NCBI GenBank assembly: GCA_009785435.1
Contig: WQWG01000001.1
Span: forward strand, 1-27,014
DNA: 27,014 nt
Direction of reading: 5' to 3'
From: Clostridiales bacterium
GTDB taxonomy: Bacteria > Bacillota > Clostridia > Peptostreptococcales > Anaerovoracaceae
The position numbers were made by a program, and so were the translations under genes. The stretch's first letter is position 1. Each line of letters starts with the position of its first letter. Positions 1 through 5,970 of the stretch are shown here, piece after piece. The notes below the pieces were generated by a model. It did not search any database and was not told where the DNA came from. It worked only from the letters and a program-made list of their open reading frames with translations.

Positions 1-72
1 ATTTTAACATCGGAGGTTTTCTTTTTCTACTTGAAGCTAAAGCTATTTAATCACACCGGCATAGCCGGTGGT
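1..72 (-). mobile_element. Probable left end of an IS200/IS605-family element; tnpA would lie outside the window on the minus strand
   Basis: The minus strand reads ...ACCACCGGC-TAT-GCCGGTG...TAGCTTTAGCTT...AAAACCTCCGATGTTAAAAT. It has a subterminal hairpin (7-bp stem CACCGGC/GCCGGTG at 54-70), an anti-SD-like AACCTCC and an extended -10-like TGtTAAAAT. This resembles Firmicutes IS200 left ends as I recall them. No transposase sequence is in the window. Confidence 0.5.
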
Positions 73-77
73 TATTT

Positions 78-106
78 GTTCCTCAATCGCTTCGCTCACT
101 CGGAAC
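78..106 (-). other. Non-canonical hairpin with a GCGAAGC mini-hairpin cap and tandem G.A pairs
   Basis: The minus strand is GTTCC-GAGTGA-GCGAAGC-GATTGA-GGAAC. It has a 5-bp Watson-Crick base stem, two tandem GA/GA steps and a GC-GAA-GC cap. Confidence 0.4.
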
Positions 107-128
107 CGACGCTAAAGCAACAATGATG

Positions 129-160
129 ACCCGGCGAAGGAAACTTCGCCGGGTTTTATT
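129..160 (+). terminator. Rho-independent terminator-like hairpin
   Basis: Perfect 11-bp stem ACCCGGCGAAG-gaaa-CTTCGCCGGGT (129-154), with the T-rich tail (TTTTATT, 154-160) on the + strand. It lies about 60 bp past the fic stop. Confidence 0.7.
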
Positions 161-217
161 TGCTGAATGGCTCAATGATACGAGAGGTGTGAAATATGAC
201 ACGAAAGAGCTGTGGCT

Positions 218-1024
218 CTATTGCAAATCAATCGCTTGTAAATCGTGTCCGGTGCCAAGAATGACGTTTTCAAAAAACTTATTCAGGTATGAAACATCTG
301 CACGGATATTATTTTGCGCGTCCGTGTGGTTGGCGCGAACAAGGGCATCACGAAACCACTTGCTATGCTCTTGAAAGGGTACATTGTCAATCTGCACCCC
401 CATTGTGCGCAGATATTTAATTGCGAATGTCGAGATTGTTCGGGTGTTTCCCTCGCGAAATGGATGCGCTTGCCAAATCGTAGAAATGAATTTGGCAAAT
501 TTGTGAACATCTGCTTCTTGGAAAGGCGTGTGATACCTTGCGTTTTGCTCTGTTTCAAAATCGTAGCGCAAATACTCCGGAATCGCTTTGTAGTCGCCAT
601 AGACCATAGAAGCATTGTTTAATACCGATTCTTTTTTAGAAATATTTTCTGTCCGATACTCACCAACCCATTTGAATGGAAGCACATCTTGAAATAACTC
701 TCGATGGATTGCTTTCAAGGAAATTGGAGATAGCTTAAAATCTTCTCTTTCCAAGCAAACCGTAATCCGTGCGGCTACGATGTCGGCTTCTTTGTGTCTG
801 TACGCTACGCTGTCCGGATCCATCGCCGTGTAGTGGTTGTAAACCTTTTCGGCAGCTTGTTCTGTGTTGTATTGATTGGCAAGGGTCTCTGCGATAACAG
901 TTTCAAGATACGCAGAAGTTTGCAGCCCATCAGCAGCCTGCAATCCTTTTCCGATCGTCCAGTATTTTTCGCGTTTTTCCATGTCTTGATTTGGCGCGAG
1001 CGGCGTGTATTCACTTTGAAACAT
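218..1024 (-). CDS. fic: Fic-domain protein with an N-terminal VbhA-like inhibitory region (about 268 aa)
   Basis: Fic motif HPFREGNTRT and N-terminal GLQAADGL helix. Start moved from 1045 to the ATG at 1024 (MFQSEY) because of the SD-like AAAGGTGG upstream. Confidence 0.9.
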   Translation of the reverse strand: MFQSEYTPLAPNQDMEKREKYWTIGKGLQAADGLQTSAYLETVIAETLANQYNTEQAAEKVYNHYTAMDPDSVAYRHKEADIVAARITVCLEREDFKLSPISLKAIHRELFQDVLPFKWVGEYRTENISKKESVLNNASMVYGDYKAIPEYLRYDFETEQNARYHTPFQEADVHKFAKFISTIWQAHPFREGNTRTISTFAIKYLRTMGVQIDNVPFQEHSKWFRDALVRANHTDAQNNIRADVSYLNKFFENVILGTGHDLQAIDLQ

Positions 1025-1054
1025 ATGGCATCCACCACCTTTCACTCTTTCCGA

Positions 1055-2080
1055 TTATCTCAGTTTTTTCAAATCCTCAAGAAATTCGTCCACGATGCTT
1101 TTGGGCGTTGCCCACGAAGTAACCAAACGAATTGCGCCCGTTTGCTGCCAGTCATGAAAGTCGTATAAACCACGTAATTTTTCTGTGAGCTCTGCGGGGA
1201 ATATCGGGAATATTTGGTTGGTCTCAACATCACACAAAAATTCATAGCCCTGCTCTTTTATTCCGTTTGCCAATTCCATCGCCATATCATATGCGTGTTT
1301 GGCAAGTTCGTCATATAAGTTGTTCTCAAACAATGTTTCAAATTGTACGCCTACCGATGCGCCCTTTGCAAGCAATGCGCCTTTTTGTTTGAGATGGTAA
1401 CGGAAATCTTGTTTTAAATCATCGTTGCAAATCACAATCGCTTCTCCGAACAGCGCGCCGTTTTTCGTTCCGCCTATGTAGAATACATCCACCAATTCCG
1501 CAACATCGGCATAGGACAAATCGCAGGCGTGGCTGTTCAATCCCGCGCCTAACCTTGCACCGTCAAGATATAGATATAGCCCGTTATTTTTACAGTAATC
1601 CGAAATCACGACAAGTTCGGCTTTCGTGTATACCGAGCCGATTTCTGTTGACTGCGATATGAAAACAAGTCTAGGCTTCACCATATGTTCGCGTGTGTGC
1701 GTTTCGACCATCGCCTTGATGCCGCTCACATCCAATTTACCATTGCTGCCCTTTGCGGTGCAAATTTTATGCCCGGTTGCCTCGATCGCCCCCGCTTCAT
1801 TGACGAATATGTGCCCGGTCTCACAAGCGATGACTGCCTCATGCGCGCGCAAAATGGAAGAAATCACAATAAGGTTGGCCTGCGTTCCTCCACTAACAAA
1901 GTGGACATCCGCAAATGACTTGCCGATTTTGGTCTTTATCAATTCGCTTGCCCGAAGGGAATACGCGTCAAGCCCATATCCCTCAAATTGTTTGTTCCCA
2001 GCGACGGACAGCACCGCCAATATTTGCGGGTGCGCAAGCTCGCTATAATCATTTTTGAAACTATATTTTAATTTTTGCAT
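1055..2080 (-). CDS. ltaE: Low-specificity L-threonine aldolase family PLP enzyme (about 341 aa)
   Basis: Motifs SFKNDYSE, GGTQAN, HIFVNEAGAIE, LDGARL and the PLP lysine in GGTKNG. Start placed at MQKLKYSF (2080) behind GGTGA. Confidence 0.9.
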   Translation of the reverse strand: MQKLKYSFKNDYSELAHPQILAVLSVAGNKQFEGYGLDAYSLRASELIKTKIGKSFADVHFVSGGTQANLIVISSILRAHEAVIACETGHIFVNEAGAIEATGHKICTAKGSNGKLDVSGIKAMVETHTREHMVKPRLVFISQSTEIGSVYTKAELVVISDYCKNNGLYLYLDGARLGAGLNSHACDLSYADVAELVDVFYIGGTKNGALFGEAIVICNDDLKQDFRYHLKQKGALLAKGASVGVQFETLFENNLYDELAKHAYDMAMELANGIKEQGYEFLCDVETNQIFPIFPAELTEKLRGLYDFHDWQQTGAIRLVTSWATPKSIVDEFLEDLKKLR

Positions 2081-2105
2081 TTTTATTTCACCGTTACAAA
2101 TTTCT

Positions 2106-3242
2106 TCATAAAATAATATCTGCGATCTCACGGACGGCACCCTGGCCTCCAGAAGAAGTCGTTATATAATCCGCAACTTTTCTGACTTCCTGTGCAGCAT
2201 CATGAACACATATCCCAAACCCAACCGCACGAATTGCTTCTATATCATTCCAATCATCACCAATGTAGGCAACGTTTTTTATACTTACGTCATATTTTTC
2301 ACATAGCTTCAAAATGGCTTCGACTTTGTCAACAACGCCCATCAGAAGCTCGTCCACGTTCAACTTTTGAGCTCGCTTACGGACAATCTCGGATTCTTCT
2401 CCGGTGATGATGCCGACAATGATGCCTTTTTCTTTCAACACGCGCAATCCGACGCCATCGCGGGTATTGAACTTTTTCATCGCTTCACCATCCGGCGAAT
2501 AATACATACCTGCGTCCGTCAACGTTCCATCGCAATCCGTCAAAAACAGTTTGATTTCCGGTATCGTGACACTTCTCTCGCGCTTCAGCAGAAGTGCTTC
2601 TACCACCGCCCAGTCTTCCGGCTCATCAAGCTCAATATAGCTTTCCGGCGGCATTTCAACCGTTTTGATATTACCTGAAAGTCTACACTCCTTTTTCAGA
2701 AGCAAGTCTCGTGACGTGATGTAAAAAGCACCGTTTTCCACGAGGAAGCCGTCGAAATCTTGCCTACGCGGTCGGTTAGCGTAATCGTAGTTTTGAGGCT
2801 CAGCAAAAGACGAATCGGCATCTGTCCAAACAAAGCGTTTTTGACGCACAACGGACAATACGCCGTCCGCTGCATATCGCCTCAATGACTCAAAACCATT
2901 TTGTAAATCAGATGCAGTGATGAGCGGCGATGTTGCTTGAATCAACACAATATTTTCAAACGCATGCGCATGAGCAAATTCGATCATAGCCAACTCCGTC
3001 GATGCAATATCTGTCGCCGACGCTTCACTTCTGCCAACGACTTCAACGTTCGGCAAATCAAACGCAGCAACAGCTTCACGAATTTCTACACTGTCGGTGC
3101 AAACGTATACTTTGTCAATTTCAGGGCACTCACTTGCCGCTTTGGTTGCCCAATAGACGAGCGGCTTTCCTGCCATCAGTTTGCTGTTTTTCCTTGGAAT
3201 GGATTTACTTCCACCTCGAACAGGTATAAATGCTACATTCAT
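2106..3242 (-). CDS. neuA: CMP-nonulosonic acid synthetase (NeuA-like cytidylyltransferase) fused to a KdsC/YrbI-type HAD phosphatase (378 aa)
   Basis: N-terminal AFIPVRGGSKSIPRKN, LIQATSPL, RPRRQD and ENGAFY. C-terminal HAD motifs TDCDGTLTD, ITGE and IGDDWND. The start overlaps the neuB stop (ATGA). Confidence 0.92.
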   Translation of the reverse strand: MNVAFIPVRGGSKSIPRKNSKLMAGKPLVYWATKAASECPEIDKVYVCTDSVEIREAVAAFDLPNVEVVGRSEASATDIASTELAMIEFAHAHAFENIVLIQATSPLITASDLQNGFESLRRYAADGVLSVVRQKRFVWTDADSSFAEPQNYDYANRPRRQDFDGFLVENGAFYITSRDLLLKKECRLSGNIKTVEMPPESYIELDEPEDWAVVEALLLKRERSVTIPEIKLFLTDCDGTLTDAGMYYSPDGEAMKKFNTRDGVGLRVLKEKGIIVGIITGEESEIVRKRAQKLNVDELLMGVVDKVEAILKLCEKYDVSIKNVAYIGDDWNDIEAIRAVGFGICVHDAAQEVRKVADYITTSSGGQGAVREIADIIL

Positions 3243-4120
3243 TCCGTATCACGCACCTTATATTTCAATTTGGCTCTTTGTACTTGCTCTACAGGCAATA
3301 TTTCCTCTCGCTTGTATGCGAGGGCTTTTTGCGTGTTGGCCAAATCACGTTTGAGTCGTCGCAATCCGTCCGGTTCCAAAGAAGCCGCATGATCGGTCCC
3401 TTTCCATGTCCTGTCCAGCGTGAAGTGCCTTTCAATCACATTTGCGCCCAACGCGTAGGCCGCTATATCAACGGCGATGCCGTTGTGATGCCCTGAGAAA
3501 CCGATTTGCTTAACCGTGTCTCCGTACATTTGAACCAAACGGCTTATTTCCATCAGACATATATCCTCAAACTCGACAGGATAACCGGACGTACATGCAT
3601 AAACCACCAAATCTTTGTTTCTGTTATGCTGGACAAAGAACTCCATCAGCTTTTTTTCTTCCTCACGTGACGTCATGCCAAGGGAAATGTGTATATCACC
3701 CCGATAATGTTCACATAGCCAATGAATCATTGCGTAATGGTTGTTGCATGCAGAAGGAATTTTGATGAATTTTGGGTTCAATCCTGTAATCTCTTGTGCC
3801 GAAGTCAAATCCCATACCGATGTGCCGTATGTCAACCCGTACTCTTCGCACCATGCCTTTAACTGTGCGTGTTGCTCAAGATCAAGCTCCAAAAACTCAC
3901 GGTGTTCACCGTATGTGTCACCATATGAATGATGTGGGTTCGGGTGTGGCGTATTGTACTCCTCGTGCGTCAACAGTTCGCGATTGTTTCGTTTTTGAAA
4001 CTTAACCGCATCCACACCGCAAAACGCAGCAGCCGTTTTGATAAACTCATATGCAATCTCCATATTGCCTTTGTGGTTACAACCAACTTCAGCAATTAGA
4101 TAGGGAGCCTTATATTTCAT
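3239..4120 (-). CDS. neuB: Short NeuB-family nonulosonate(-9-phosphate) synthase lacking the C-terminal SAF/antifreeze-like domain (293 aa)
   Basis: Motifs IAEVGCNHKG, AVKFQ, KIPS, GFSGH and IERHFTLDRTWKGTDHAASLEP. The protein ends soon after the TIM barrel. Confidence 0.92.
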   Translation of the reverse strand: MKYKAPYLIAEVGCNHKGNMEIAYEFIKTAAAFCGVDAVKFQKRNNRELLTHEEYNTPHPNPHHSYGDTYGEHREFLELDLEQHAQLKAWCEEYGLTYGTSVWDLTSAQEITGLNPKFIKIPSACNNHYAMIHWLCEHYRGDIHISLGMTSREEEKKLMEFFVQHNRNKDLVVYACTSGYPVEFEDICLMEISRLVQMYGDTVKQIGFSGHHNGIAVDIAAYALGANVIERHFTLDRTWKGTDHAASLEPDGLRRLKRDLANTQKALAYKREEILPVEQVQRAKLKYKVRDTE

Positions 4121-4157
4121 AGATTCAATCCTTTCCTAACAAGTATACAATGAAATT

Positions 4158-5237
4158 TCAAACCAATTGACCAGTTTGATAGTAAGCAGCATCAATAATA
4201 CTTTTCGCTCGTGCAACATTCAATGCTTGTGACGAGCCAATCTTCATCGTACGAGATGCGCTGATATCTTTCTTTGCCATGACATCCAGAAACCCCAATG
4301 AACTATAGCCGATATAAATTGGCTCGAATCCACATTTTTGAAGCAAATCACGCAATGAGGAAATTGTGAATGTGTTTATATGGGGTTTCCAAAAAAACTT
4401 ATCTATATCCGTGTGCATTTGATCCAAGCCCGGCATATCCAGATAAAGGATTCCTGCATCATGTAACAAATCCCTCATGTCTTCTACAAAGCGCATTGGA
4501 TGAAGCACATGCTCCAATACGTTAAATGCCGTTATAAGGTTATATTTTCGTGTGGGTTTGAAATTTTCAAGTGGTACTTTATGTACGGTAATGGAATAAT
4601 GTTTTTCACTATTTTCAGCGTATGTCACATCTGGCTCCAAACCCTCGGCTTCATATTCATTGCGCCGTAGCACATCAACAAAACTGCCTACACCAGTACC
4701 AATATCCAGCGCAAGTCCTTTCGGACGATCCAAACAAGCATCGGAAAGATGTTTTTGAAAATCCGAATACCGCACCATGGCAGCACGCTCACAATCGTAG
4801 TATTTTTGAGCATCAGGCATAACCGATCCTCTGGCAGTCAACGAGAACTCCGACTGTTGATACAGCTGCATCAGTTCTTTCTCCGTAGGGCGAGGCCACA
4901 TAAACACAAACCCACAACTCTCACAGATATAATTGTACATATCTTCACCGTTGCGCTCTCGATCAAATAGCAATGAAAACGCGCGCCGATCACATATATC
5001 ACAACTGTAATCAAAAGGCACTTCATTCCTCACATGCGCTCTCAAGCGCCTTTCCAAGCCTGCAAGCCTCATAAGAATTTTATCTGTTTCCAATTGCGCT
5101 TCTGCATAAGAAAGTTTGCATTCGACAGTTTCTTTACGAACGCTTTCCAACTCTTCACGTACAATGTTTCGGATGCGCACCATCAAAGGACGTACGACGG
5201 GGCGCATGATGCGTTTTATAATCGATTTGATGCTCAT
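4158..5237 (-). CDS. Class I SAM-dependent methyltransferase with an N-terminal basic amphipathic/coiled-coil leader and a CxxC...CxxC motif (359 aa)
   Basis: SAM motif ALDIGTGVG, followed by EGLEPD and NVLEHVLHP. Cysteine pairs CDIC and CESC. Confidence 0.85.
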   Translation of the reverse strand: MSIKSIIKRIMRPVVRPLMVRIRNIVREELESVRKETVECKLSYAEAQLETDKILMRLAGLERRLRAHVRNEVPFDYSCDICDRRAFSLLFDRERNGEDMYNYICESCGFVFMWPRPTEKELMQLYQQSEFSLTARGSVMPDAQKYYDCERAAMVRYSDFQKHLSDACLDRPKGLALDIGTGVGSFVDVLRRNEYEAEGLEPDVTYAENSEKHYSITVHKVPLENFKPTRKYNLITAFNVLEHVLHPMRFVEDMRDLLHDAGILYLDMPGLDQMHTDIDKFFWKPHINTFTISSLRDLLQKCGFEPIYIGYSSLGFLDVMAKKDISASRTMKIGSSQALNVARAKSIIDAAYYQTGQLV

Positions 5238-5307
5238 AGGTCATATACCTTTTTACGTTTCTATGTTATTGTGCAATCGGCACTTCACATGAATGTGTTC
5301 ATCCTTA

Positions 5308-5940
5308 CTATTTCTTCGCTTCAATGTATAAGGAACGTTCAAACTCATCTGCTTCCGATGGATATTCTCCCTCAAAAGAAAAATCAGGGCAGTCGCTTTC
5401 TCTGAACGCTTTTTTCAATATTCTGTTTTGCACAAAACCCGCTCGGATCAATTCAAACACCATGGCTTCATAGTCCCAGGCGTTTTGGTGTGCAAGGCTT
5501 TTTTCACCCAGCAAACCACGTTGCCCGCTTGGTGAAATGAAATCACCCTTCAAGCATTCAAACAACGACACTTCTCCTCCCATGTCACCCAAAAGTTCAT
5601 TAAGTGCTTTGATACGGCGCTTGAAAAGAGGATATTCATGATTCCCATTTAAATATTCAATCATGCTCTTTCGCACATCAGGGATAACAATACGCAAAAA
5701 ACCGTCAGGTTTCAAAACTCTATGACACTCTTTAAATACCAACGGCGCATGGAAAATATCAATATGCTCAAATATATGTGAACCGTAAATTGCCGATACA
5801 CTTTCATCAGGTAGAGGTAAATCTGTTTTCTTGTTGAAGTTCATAACGATATCGCTTCTTTCAGGGTCGATATCTACCGCAATCCAATCCGCAGAAGGTT
5901 TTATCCAAGCGGCTCCCGGTCCAAAATGCAGTTTATGCAC
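5308..5940 (-). CDS. Class I SAM-dependent methyltransferase, type 11-like (210 aa)
   Basis: LHFGPG, VDID, LPLPDESVSAIYGSHIFEH and ECHRVLKPDGFLRIVIPD. GTG start with a GGGAG SD. Confidence 0.85.
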   Translation of the reverse strand: MHKLHFGPGAAWIKPSADWIAVDIDPERSDIVMNFNKKTDLPLPDESVSAIYGSHIFEHIDIFHAPLVFKECHRVLKPDGFLRIVIPDVRKSMIEYLNGNHEYPLFKRRIKALNELLGDMGGEVSLFECLKGDFISPSGQRGLLGEKSLAHQNAWDYEAMVFELIRAGFVQNRILKKAFRESDCPDFSFEGEYPSEADEFERSLYIEAKK

Positions 5941-5970
5941 GCGCTACTCCCCCATTTTTCTCATGTTCAT

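Noticed and set aside
206-219. AGAGC-tgtg-GCTCT hairpin at the fic stop
   Set aside because: The stem is only 5 bp with no U-tract, so it is likely chance.
123-1168. Overlapping ORFs 123-374, 283-615, 314-622, 794-1168 and 805-1038
   Set aside because: They are shadows of fic or ltaE with no recognisable motifs, and 123-374 runs through the terminator hairpin.
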